Assembly (NCBI GenBank): GCA_964194715.1
Contig: CAXMNA010000011.1
Span: forward strand, 45,497 to 109,496
Length of the DNA stretch: 64,000 nucleotides
Direction of reading: 5' to 3'
Source of the DNA: an uncultured Gammaproteobacteria bacterium
GTDB lineage: Bacteria > Pseudomonadota > Gammaproteobacteria > GCA-001735895
In this document: positions 56,625 through 64,000 of the stretch, piece after piece
How positions within the stretch are numbered: the stretch's first letter is position 1
Layout: every line of letters starts with the position of its first letter
The notes under the pieces: model-generated
What the model was told of the DNA's origin: nothing
Databases searched by the model: none
What the model saw: only the letters and a program-made list of their open reading frames with translations
Translations under genes and position numbers: made by a program

Positions 56625-57797
56625 CTATTCTGTAAAATGGTTAATGCAGGAGATCAATTTGCTGGCGATCTCGACGGTTTGCGCTGCGCTGAGAATTAAG
56701 GGCGGAAGCAGACGGATAATTCGTTCTGCGGTGACATTAATTAGCAATCCCTGTTCCAGTGCCTGTGCCACCAGCGCCTGGCATGGAATTTTCATTTCTA
56801 TTGCAAGCAGCAATCCAAGGTGACGTACCTCGGCGACTTGATGGTTATCGGTAAGGCCCTGTTGCAGAGCAGAAAACAATTGTTCACCGCGTTGTGCTGC
56901 GTTATCGGCGATGTTGTTTTCAAGCATGTTTTCGAGCACGGTATGCGCGGCTCGGCAGGCTAAGGGATTACCCCCAAAGGTAGATCCATGGTTACCGGGC
57001 TTGAACACGTCTGCTGCCTTTCCTCTGGAAATGCAGGCGCCAATTGGAACCCCATTGCCAAGCGCCTTGGCCAGTGTCATTACGTCGGGGAGAACTGCCC
57101 CATGCTGACACGCAAACATCTTGCCGCTGCGTGCCATGCCAGTTTGGATTTCGTCCAGCATTAGCAGCCAGTCGTTATGGTCACATATGCGTCGTAGCGC
57201 GCTTAGATAATCCGGATCCGGAATCACGATACCTGCCTCTCCTTGCACCGGTTCAACCAAGATCGCGACAACGTTTCGATTATTATCCGCGACTGCTTCA
57301 ACCGCGGCGATGTCGTTGTAAGGAGCGCGTACAAAACCGGAAACCAGAGGTTCGAATCCCGCCTGTACTTTACGGCTGCCGGTTGCGCTGAGCGTCGCCA
57401 TAGTGCGACCGTGAAAAGCATGTTGCATGACGACGATTTGCGGATTTTTAATGCCTTGCTGGTGACCATATAGACGTGCCAGTTTTATCGCTGCCTCGTT
57501 GGCTTCGGCGCCCGAGTTAGCGAAGAAAACCCGATCCATGCCTGCGGTTTCACACAGCAGATCGGCGAGTTTAAGTTGCCAGCCGATCGAATATAGATTC
57601 GAAGTATGCAACAGGGTAGCCGCTTGATTCTGTATCGCGGCGGTCAACGGTGGGTAGTTGTGACCCAGGCTGGTAACGGATAATCCGCAAAGTGCATCCA
57701 GATATTGCTTATCGTCGCTGTCCCATAGATAACATCCGTCACCATGGGTAAAATTGACGGGCAGAGATTGGTAAGCGTTGACGAGATGGTCTGACAT
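56625..57797 (-). CDS. argD: acetylornithine aminotransferase
   Basis: 390 aa class III PLP aminotransferase with [23 protein letters not shown] and TFGGNPLA. It is in an operon with argF. Confidence 0.9.
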   Translation of the reverse strand: MSDHLVNAYQSLPVNFTHGDGCYLWDSDDKQYLDALCGLSVTSLGHNYPPLTAAIQNQAATLLHTSNLYSIGWQLKLADLLCETAGMDRVFFANSGAEANEAAIKLARLYGHQQGIKNPQIVVMQHAFHGRTMATLSATGSRKVQAGFEPLVSGFVRAPYNDIAAVEAVADNNRNVVAILVEPVQGEAGIVIPDPDYLSALRRICDHNDWLLMLDEIQTGMARSGKMFACQHGAVLPDVMTLAKALGNGVPIGACISRGKAADVFKPGNHGSTFGGNPLACRAAHTVLENMLENNIADNAAQRGEQLFSALQQGLTDNHQVAEVRHLGLLLAIEMKIPCQALVAQALEQGLLINVTAERIIRLLPPLILSAAQTVEIASKLISCINHFTE

Positions 57798-57863
57798 TGT
57801 CTGGCAGCGTGAAAAAAACGCTCAAACATACAGTGATTTTCAGCGATTACAAGTTTTTACGGC

Positions 57864-57888
57864 AAAAAAAGCCCCGTTGGAACGGAGC
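57864..57888 (-). terminator. Rho-independent terminator after the 57912..58508 gene
   Basis: Minus-strand stem GCTCCGTT/AACGGGGC (one G.U pair), then T7. Confidence 0.6.
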
Positions 57889-57911
57889 TTTTGATTTAAC
57901 TGATATTCCTC

Positions 57912-58508
57912 TTAGAAAGGGAAACCCCCGTGTGCATAAGCCGTCATCGACAACAGCATCGGAATCGATAATGCCGTGTTGGTACGTGACGCCATCAACG
58001 CGACGAATTTAGCTTTTGCAATGACATCCGGTTCGTGGGATTGTCCATCCAGGCCGAGAATTTTTTTCTGGTTAGGCCAGATAAACACCCAGACATTGAG
58101 CGCCATGATTGTACCTAACCAGGCACCGACGCCGATGACTGCAGCACCTGGTTGAAACATGAAGGCGGCCCCCAGGATACCCATTTTCGCCAGAATTGCC
58201 GCGCCTGATAACCAGGTCGCTACGGCCGCCCAGCGAAACCAGAGCAGTGCAGTCGGTGCAAGGTATTTATTGATCGCTGCTGGACCGGGACCGCCACTAT
58301 CGGCCTCGGACAATGCCATGGCAACACCCGGTACCTGGACGAAATTGAAGTAGTAAAGTAGACCAATCCAGGCCACGCCAGCTAATACGTGAAACCATAC
58401 CGTCCACTCGATTGCACTGGAGATACCATCGGCAAAGATAATCATCACAATTGCGGAGATCACCACCCCTGTGACGATGGTACCGGTAATTGACTTTAAC
58501 GGATTCAT
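57912..58508 (-). CDS. integral membrane protein resembling the membrane domain of urate hydroxylase PuuD (function uncertain)
   Basis: 198 aa with 4-5 TM helices. The segment WIGLLYYFNFVQVP is one I associate with PuuD-type membrane domains. Confidence 0.5.
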   Translation of the reverse strand: MNPLKSITGTIVTGVVISAIVMIIFADGISSAIEWTVWFHVLAGVAWIGLLYYFNFVQVPGVAMALSEADSGGPGPAAINKYLAPTALLWFRWAAVATWLSGAAILAKMGILGAAFMFQPGAAVIGVGAWLGTIMALNVWVFIWPNQKKILGLDGQSHEPDVIAKAKFVALMASRTNTALSIPMLLSMTAYAHGGFPF

Positions 58509-58666
58509 TTTGATGACTCCCGATTATAAACGTTTAGAATACGGGGCCTGGTTATGATTATTGCACCTGCCCGCCACACGCCGCGGAGTATAAGTACTTT
58601 CGGTATGAGGTGCAATGTATCGTCGGACGTATATCAAGTTACAAGATGAAAACTTTGTGAGGTTCT

Positions 58667-60445
58667 ATGTGCGGCTTATTTGGTGCCCTTAGTTTCGATG
58701 CTAGCGCAATAAATCCGGATCATGCACGAAGCATGTCGGCCAGGGTTGCGCAACGCGGTCCTGACGGCAGCGGGGAATTTTTCGATGGCCCGGTAATGCT
58801 TGGGCACCGACGACTGGCGATAATTGACCTGTCTGCCTCCGGGCACCAGCCGATGCATGATAGCAGCGAGCGCTACACTATTGTTTTCAACGGGACCATA
58901 TATAACTACCCCGAGTTACGTGAGATTTTGATTGGTAAGGGTTACCGGTTTAATTCCCGCAGCGACACCGAGGTAATCATCAATGCATACGCCTGCTGGG
59001 GTGACGCCTGTGTTGAGCAACTACACGGCATGTTCGCATTTGCGATCTGGGATTCGAAGCGACAAACTCTTTTCCTGGCGCGCGATCGAATGGGTATCAA
59101 GCCACTTTATTACGCGGTATCGACGCAGGGGTTCTACTTTGCATCGAATCCACAAGCGTTACTGGCAACCGGTTTGTTCGCGACCGAAATCGATCCGGTT
59201 GGCCTGCATCACCAGCTAAGCCTGCATGCGGTGATACCTGCTCCGCGTACGCTCATAAAATCGATCAAGAAATGTCGGCCCGCCTTCTATATGAATGTAA
59301 CGCCTGACGGCGAGATCACCGAGGAGCGTTACTGGACGCTAGTTGCGAAGCGACCGTCGCAGCCGATGTCTGTCGAAGAATGGAACCAGGCAATTCACGA
59401 TTCCCTGATGCAGGCGGTAAAAAAACGACTCACAATCGCCGACGTTCCGGTTGGGGTGTTGCTTTCGGGTGGGCTTGATTCGAGCTTGCTGGTGGCATTG
59501 CTCGCCGAGGCGGGGCAGCATGATACTCGTACCTTCAGTATCGGTTTTGAAGACCAGCCTGAAGAGAGAGGTAACGAGTTCGAGTTTTCTGACCCGATCG
59601 CAGAGCGATATGCCACCGATCATCGCAAGTTTCTGATTCCAAATGCCGAAGTGCTTACGCGTCTACCCGAAGCCGTTAACGCCATGGCGGAACCCATGTT
59701 TGGTCAGGATGCAGTCGCATTTTACCTGCTCTCCGAACAGGTTTCGAAATCAGTTAAAGTGGTGCAAAGCGGGCAGGGCGCAGATGAAGTTTTTGCCGGC
59801 TATTTCTGGTATGCGAAGATGGGGGCTGCCGAGGGTGCAGCGCTCGAGCGTTTTTCAAATAATTATGTCGATCGTGATCATGAAGAGTTCTGCGATTCGG
59901 TGGCAACTGCGTATCAAGGTGAGGACTATACTGCCGCACTGATAGAAGAGCATCTAAATACCGATCAGGCCGATAGTTTCCTGGATGCAGTTCTGCGTTT
60001 CGATGTCACCACCCTGGTCGTCGATGATCCAGTCAAAAGAATTGATAACATGACCATGGCCTGGGGTCTCGAAGCGCGCGTGCCGTTTCTCGATCATCAC
60101 CTGGTGGAGTTGGCGGCATCCTGCCCTCCGGAATTAAAATTGAAGCACGAGGGCAAAGGCGTTCTCAAGGAGATCGCGCGTGGCCGTATTCCAGACGCGG
60201 TGATCGACCGGCCAAAAGGTTACTTTCCGATGCCGGCATTAAAATATGTGCGCGGCGACTTTTTCCAGTTCATGGCCGATACCCTGAATAGCCAACGCAG
60301 TCGCGACAGGGGATTGTTTAACAGCGATTACATCGATCGATTACTATCAGAACCAGAACAGCATTTTACGCGCTTGAACGGCAGCAAGCTCTGGCATAGT
60401 GCCTTGCTGGAATACTGGTTGCAGCAGCATCTCGACCAGGCATAA
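58667..60445 (+). CDS. glutamine-hydrolysing asparagine synthase family amidotransferase (AsnB/AsnO-like)
   Basis: 592 aa with the Ntn Cys2 (MCGLFG), GHRRLAIIDLS, and the PP-loop SGGLDSS. HAVIPAPRTL and the length resemble the N-acetylglutaminylglutamine amidotransferase subgroup. Confidence 0.85.
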   Translation: MCGLFGALSFDASAINPDHARSMSARVAQRGPDGSGEFFDGPVMLGHRRLAIIDLSASGHQPMHDSSERYTIVFNGTIYNYPELREILIGKGYRFNSRSDTEVIINAYACWGDACVEQLHGMFAFAIWDSKRQTLFLARDRMGIKPLYYAVSTQGFYFASNPQALLATGLFATEIDPVGLHHQLSLHAVIPAPRTLIKSIKKCRPAFYMNVTPDGEITEERYWTLVAKRPSQPMSVEEWNQAIHDSLMQAVKKRLTIADVPVGVLLSGGLDSSLLVALLAEAGQHDTRTFSIGFEDQPEERGNEFEFSDPIAERYATDHRKFLIPNAEVLTRLPEAVNAMAEPMFGQDAVAFYLLSEQVSKSVKVVQSGQGADEVFAGYFWYAKMGAAEGAALERFSNNYVDRDHEEFCDSVATAYQGEDYTAALIEEHLNTDQADSFLDAVLRFDVTTLVVDDPVKRIDNMTMAWGLEARVPFLDHHLVELAASCPPELKLKHEGKGVLKEIARGRIPDAVIDRPKGYFPMPALKYVRGDFFQFMADTLNSQRSRDRGLFNSDYIDRLLSEPEQHFTRLNGSKLWHSALLEYWLQQHLDQA

Positions 60446-60530
60446 AAAAAGCGAAAGCTGATTTCCATGGTTGAAAAAAACGGTTATGATAATACCTTAG
60501 TATTTTACTTGGTTATTTTTGAGGTATTCA

Positions 60531-60857
60531 ATGGACATCCTGGAACGTATTAAGCAGCAAGTCGAAACCCACCCGGTCATCGTTTACATGAAGGGTACCC
60601 CTCAGCTCCCTCAGTGTGGATTCTCCAGCAGGACTGCCGAGGCGCTTAAATCGTTGGGAATCGAATTTGCTTATGTCAATGTATTATCCGACCCGGAGAT
60701 ATTTCAAAACCTGCCGCGCTTTGCTGACTGGCCAACCTTTCCTCAGGTGTATGTCGATGGAGAATTGATCGGTGGCTGCGATATCACACTCGAGATGCAT
60801 GAATCAGGTGAGTTGGAAAAGCTCGCCAGGTCGGCACTGGATAGCAAGGCAAGCTGA
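60531..60857 (+). CDS. grxD: Grx4-family monothiol glutaredoxin
   Basis: 108 aa from MDILERIKQQ with the CGFS active site. The RBS GAGG lies 7 nt upstream. Confidence 0.93.
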   Translation: MDILERIKQQVETHPVIVYMKGTPQLPQCGFSSRTAEALKSLGIEFAYVNVLSDPEIFQNLPRFADWPTFPQVYVDGELIGGCDITLEMHESGELEKLARSALDSKAS

Positions 60858-60877
60858 AAAAAACGAATTCGCTAAAG

Positions 60878-60902
60878 ACCCCGCCCCGGCGGGGTTTTTT
60901 TT
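60878..60902. terminator. bidirectional Rho-independent terminator between grxD and the convergent response regulator gene
   Basis: GC-only stem CCCCGCC/GGCGGGG, flanked by an A-run upstream and T8 downstream. Confidence 0.7.
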
Positions 60903-60907
60903 GAGTG

Positions 60908-61855
60908 TCAGTTGATAGGTGTGCAGGACTCGTGGGCCAGGCTAATGATCTCTGACACCGAGGGCGCCTCGAAACCGTTACCATGCCAGACACCGATTGA
61001 TATATGCAGCTGTTTTCCCTGGTCGGTGGTTTGCTGGGTGTGTCGCTTTATACTGCTAATCAAGCGATCAAACAGGTCCGGATTAAAGACCTCCGGATCC
61101 TGGTAGTGCACCGAAACGGCGAAGGTATTGATATTAAACCTTGAAACCATGTCCATCGGACGCAGCGAAAGCTGAATCGAATTAGCGATTGTTTTAAGCG
61201 TGCCCAGGCGCAATTCATTGTTTGATGCGCTCACCACGATCAAGCCCAGGCCGAGACCACCACCTCGGGTATTGCAATGCTCGAGCAAGGCCTCGATATG
61301 TAATTCGAGCTGAGCCCGATTTGGCAGATTGGTCTCTGGATCCTGCAAGCTGTATTGCTTGACGCGCAGGAACTGGCTGCTGAGGTTACGCATACGTTCG
61401 CGCAGTTCATTTTGCTGATAGGCATTTCGTCCTGCACCATAGACTCTTGCGGCGAGTTCAAACTGGTTTGCCGATTTGGATACAAAATCGTCAACCCCGC
61501 GGTCAAAGGCAACCACGATGCTCGAAGCCGTATCTTCGGCGGTGAGCAAAACAATTCCGGTGTAGCGATCATTATTTTCATCCCAGCGACGAATCAGGTC
61601 AGTCATCTCGAGACCATTCATGCCCGGCATCCAGAAATCAGCCAGCACTACGTGAGCACGTCTCTGGTTGAGCAAATATAAAGCTTCGTCTGCCGAAGAC
61701 GCGGTGCGGATATCGGTGAACCCGGATTTACCCAGCCCGGATTTAACCACTTCGCGGCTAAATTGCAGGTCGTCGACAACAATGATGGAGAGGTCTTCTT
61801 TGCGCAAAGCTTGGAGGAATGATTTTATTAGCCTCGAGTATAGAGGAAATCTCAA
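60908..61855 (-). CDS. response regulator: REC domain plus a degenerate GGDEF-like output domain
   Basis: REC motifs (IIVVDD, VVLADFWMPGMNG, VSKS), then a coiled-coil. The GGDEF-fold entry DPETNLPNRAQL is present, but FNINTF stands where GGDEF is expected. Confidence 0.75.
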   Translation of the reverse strand: MRFPLYSRLIKSFLQALRKEDLSIIVVDDLQFSREVVKSGLGKSGFTDIRTASSADEALYLLNQRRAHVVLADFWMPGMNGLEMTDLIRRWDENNDRYTGIVLLTAEDTASSIVVAFDRGVDDFVSKSANQFELAARVYGAGRNAYQQNELRERMRNLSSQFLRVKQYSLQDPETNLPNRAQLELHIEALLEHCNTRGGGLGLGLIVVSASNNELRLGTLKTIANSIQLSLRPMDMVSRFNINTFAVSVHYQDPEVFNPDLFDRLISSIKRHTQQTTDQGKQLHISIGVWHGNGFEAPSVSEIISLAHESCTPIN

Positions 61856-61856
61856 G

Positions 61857-62471
61857 CTACGGCTTTATAAATGCTACTTCATTGACTATCTTGCAAAACA
61901 GCATCGCCGTCATTTCAGCATCATATACCGCCGAATGCGCTTCGCTTGAATCCCATTCCATGCCGGCCGATTTGATTGAGCGTGCGAGCACTGTCTGGCC
62001 ATAAACCAGGCCTGACAGAGAGACCGTGTCAAAGGTGCTGAAGGGATGAAAGGGATTGCGTTTAATGCCTGACCGCGCTGCCGCGGCATTAATAAATTTG
62101 AGATCGAAATGCGCGTTGTGTCCTACCAGTATGGCTTTTATGCAGTCGTGACGCTTGATCGCGTCTCGCACCGGTTTGAAAATTTTTGGTAACGCCTGCT
62201 TTTCTTCGACGGCAAGACGAAAAGGGTGGTCGACATCGATGCCATTGACTTCCATCGATTTGGGATCGAGGTTTGCACCTTCGAAAGGAGTCACGTGGCA
62301 GGAAACCGTTTCGCTGCAGTAAAGCTGCCCCCGTTCATCAATATCGATGATCACGGCGGCAACTTGCAACAATGCATCGGTGGTTTCGTTGAAACCCCCG
62401 GTTTCAACGTCAACGACGACTGGCAGATAACCTCTGAAACGCTGCGATAATAGTGTTGCTTCAATCGTCAT
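61857..62471 (-). CDS. rnt: ribonuclease T
   Basis: 204 aa DEDDh exonuclease with [29 protein letters not shown] and [11 protein letters not shown]. Confidence 0.92.
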   Translation of the reverse strand: MTIEATLLSQRFRGYLPVVVDVETGGFNETTDALLQVAAVIIDIDERGQLYCSETVSCHVTPFEGANLDPKSMEVNGIDVDHPFRLAVEEKQALPKIFKPVRDAIKRHDCIKAILVGHNAHFDLKFINAAAARSGIKRNPFHPFSTFDTVSLSGLVYGQTVLARSIKSAGMEWDSSEAHSAVYDAEMTAMLFCKIVNEVAFIKP

Positions 62472-63501
62472 CGACGACTTTCCAGTGCAATCTCTGGCCT
62501 GCCTTGAACGGAATCAGGCTTGACTCCGGGTATGGCAACGAGTCTGGAAGCGTCCACTCATTGCGCTCCAGGGTAATCGATCCCTGGTTCTGTTGAAGTC
62601 CATAAAATTCCGCGCCGTGACAGCTCATGAAAGATTCGAATTGGCTGAAGTCAGCGGCCTGTTCAAAGGCTTCGGCGTAGAGTTCAAGTGCGCTATAGGC
62701 TGAGTAAATTCCAGCACAACCGCAGGCAGATTCTTTCGCATTTTTACTATGTGGCGCACTGTCGGTACCCGCAAAAAATTTGGCCTCACCGCTGCTGGCG
62801 GCCTCGAGTAATGCGAGGCGATGCTGTTCGCGCTTGGCGACCGGCAGGCAATAGTGATGTGGTCTGATACCACCTTCGAAAATTGCGTTGCGATTAATCA
62901 ACAAGTGGTGAGGTGTAATGGTGGCCGCCAGGTTGGTGCCGAATGTGCGCACGAATTCGATCGCTTCACGGGTAGTGATATGTTCAAAAACAATTCGTAG
63001 TTCGGGAAAATCTTTACGAATGCGTGCGAGATTCTGATCGATAAATGCTTTTTCACGATCGAATACATCGATCTCCGGTGCCGTGGCTTCAGCGTGCACC
63101 TGTAGTATCAGTCCGTGTTTTTGCATGGCCTCGAAAACCCGGTCGAGTTTCGCCAGATTTGTAATCCCGGCATCCGAGTTGGTGGTCGCGCCGGCGGGGT
63201 AAAGCTTGGCGCCATGGATGTATTCCGAGTCACTGGCGGCCCTGATATCTTCAACGCTGGTATTGTCGGTCAGGTACAGGGTCATCAATGGCACAAAGCT
63301 GGATTGTGCCGGTAGCGCGGCCAGAATACGTTCACGATAAGCCATTGCATCCGCACAGGTTCGCACCGGTGGATTCAAGTTTGGCATGATGATCGCGCGT
63401 CCGAATTGACGGGCGGTATCTCCGACAACTGCTTCCATGTGCGGCGTATCGCGCAGGTGCAGGTGCCAGTCATCCGGTGTGATGATGGTGAGCTTACTCA
63501 T
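62461..63501 (-). CDS. pyrC: dihydroorotase (class II)
   Basis: 346 aa with [21 protein letters not shown] and FAGTDSAPH. Confidence 0.93.
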   Translation of the reverse strand: MSKLTIITPDDWHLHLRDTPHMEAVVGDTARQFGRAIIMPNLNPPVRTCADAMAYRERILAALPAQSSFVPLMTLYLTDNTSVEDIRAASDSEYIHGAKLYPAGATTNSDAGITNLAKLDRVFEAMQKHGLILQVHAEATAPEIDVFDREKAFIDQNLARIRKDFPELRIVFEHITTREAIEFVRTFGTNLAATITPHHLLINRNAIFEGGIRPHHYCLPVAKREQHRLALLEAASSGEAKFFAGTDSAPHSKNAKESACGCAGIYSAYSALELYAEAFEQAADFSQFESFMSCHGAEFYGLQQNQGSITLERNEWTLPDSLPYPESSLIPFKAGQRLHWKVVDDD

Positions 63502-63608
63502 CGATACTAGAAGTCAGATATAGAATAATGATTTTGGTATTAGTTATGATAATAACATCTGGGCGCGGATTAATATGTGTATAATTCTGCGAAATTACAA
63601 CAAAGGCA

Positions 63609-64000
63609 ATGCACGTGGTAGATCAAACCGATATTGATCCTGAAGAGACTCAGGAATGGATAGAATCACTCGATTCGGTACTCGAGCGCGAAGGACCGGG
63701 GCGGGCTCATTTTTTACTTGAGCGGTTGATCGATAAAACCCGTCGTTCGGGTGCCTACCTCCCGTTCTCTGCCAAAACGGCATACCTCAATACAATCCCG
63801 CTGACCCAACAGCGCCCGATCCCGGGTGACCAGGCGATCGAGCACAGTATCCGCTCGGTGATTCGCTGGAATGCCGCGGCGATGGTGGTACATGCCAATC
63901 GCAAATCGAGCGAACTGGGTGGGCACATTGCAAGTTTTGCATCGGCTGCAACGCTTTACGACGTAGGCTTCATGCACTTTTTTCGTGCACCCAATGATCA
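63609..64000 (+). CDS. aceE: pyruvate dehydrogenase E1 component (5' part; runs off the window)
   Basis: My own translation from ATG 63609 gives MHVVDQTDIDPEETQEWIESLDSVLEREGPGRAHFLLERLIDKTRRSGAYLPF...NRKSSELGGHIASFASAATLYDVGFMHFF, the characteristic AceE N-terminus. It is absent from the ORF track because no stop is reached. Confidence 0.9.
   Translation, partial: MHVVDQTDIDPEETQEWIESLDSVLEREGPGRAHFLLERLIDKTRRSGAYLPFSAKTAYLNTIPLTQQRPIPGDQAIEHSIRSVIRWNAAAMVVHANRKSSELGGHIASFASAATLYDVGFMHFFRAPND

Overview
This window looks like ordinary core chromosome of a gammaproteobacterium, with moderate GC by eye. Gene order resembles the Pseudomonas and E. coli housekeeping neighbourhoods. The blocks, in order, are:
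- lpxH-ppi / cysS, then a tRNA Pro-Arg-His-Leu operon
- tig-clpP-clpX-lon-hupB, tRNA Val-Asp, ppiD
- fabI, a thioesterase and avtA
- a cyclic-nucleotide / phospho-Thr signalling locus: CHASE2 adenylate cyclase, FHA, PP2C, two decayed genes, and a double cNMP-binding protein fused to rhodanese
- mltD / methyltransferase-rnhA-dnaQ / smpB
- SRP RNA, then dnaX-ybaB-recR and a HIT protein
- rsgA, an M48 peptidase and orn
- a sigma28-driven motA-motB-pilZ unit
- lpxC, an M23 peptidase, secA-argJ-mutT
- zapD-coaE-pilD-pilC-pilB / pilA / pilR-pilS
- dksA; argA; a degenerate GGDEF protein; argF-argD
- an AsnB/AsnO-type amidotransferase, grxD, a REC protein with a degenerate GGDEF domain, rnt-pyrC, and the 5' end of aceE

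I found 6 tRNAs and 1 SRP RNA. I saw no transposase, integrase, phage genes, CRISPR array or recognisable defence system, and I cannot honestly point to a clear novel multi-gene system.

The observations most worth a second look are:
1. A ~200-nt rod-like imperfect palindrome between smpB and ffs, which could be a 6S-like ncRNA or a MITE.
2. A ~148-nt long hairpin embedded in the tRNA operon spacer.
3. The kinase-less FHA/PP2C/CHASE2-cyclase locus, flanked by two gene remnants: a frameshifted CHASE2 N-terminus and a GAF protein that appears to have lost its HD-GYP core by in-frame deletion.
4. motB interrupted by a single in-frame TAA immediately followed by ATG, although its sigma28 promoter, motA and the downstream pilZ gene are intact.
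5. An E. coli-like dnaX -1 frameshift / A9 slippage site with a stop two codons downstream in the -1 frame.
6. A DksA that retains only one of the four zinc-finger cysteines.

All functional calls come from motif recognition in the supplied translations and from my own reading of the DNA. No searches were run.
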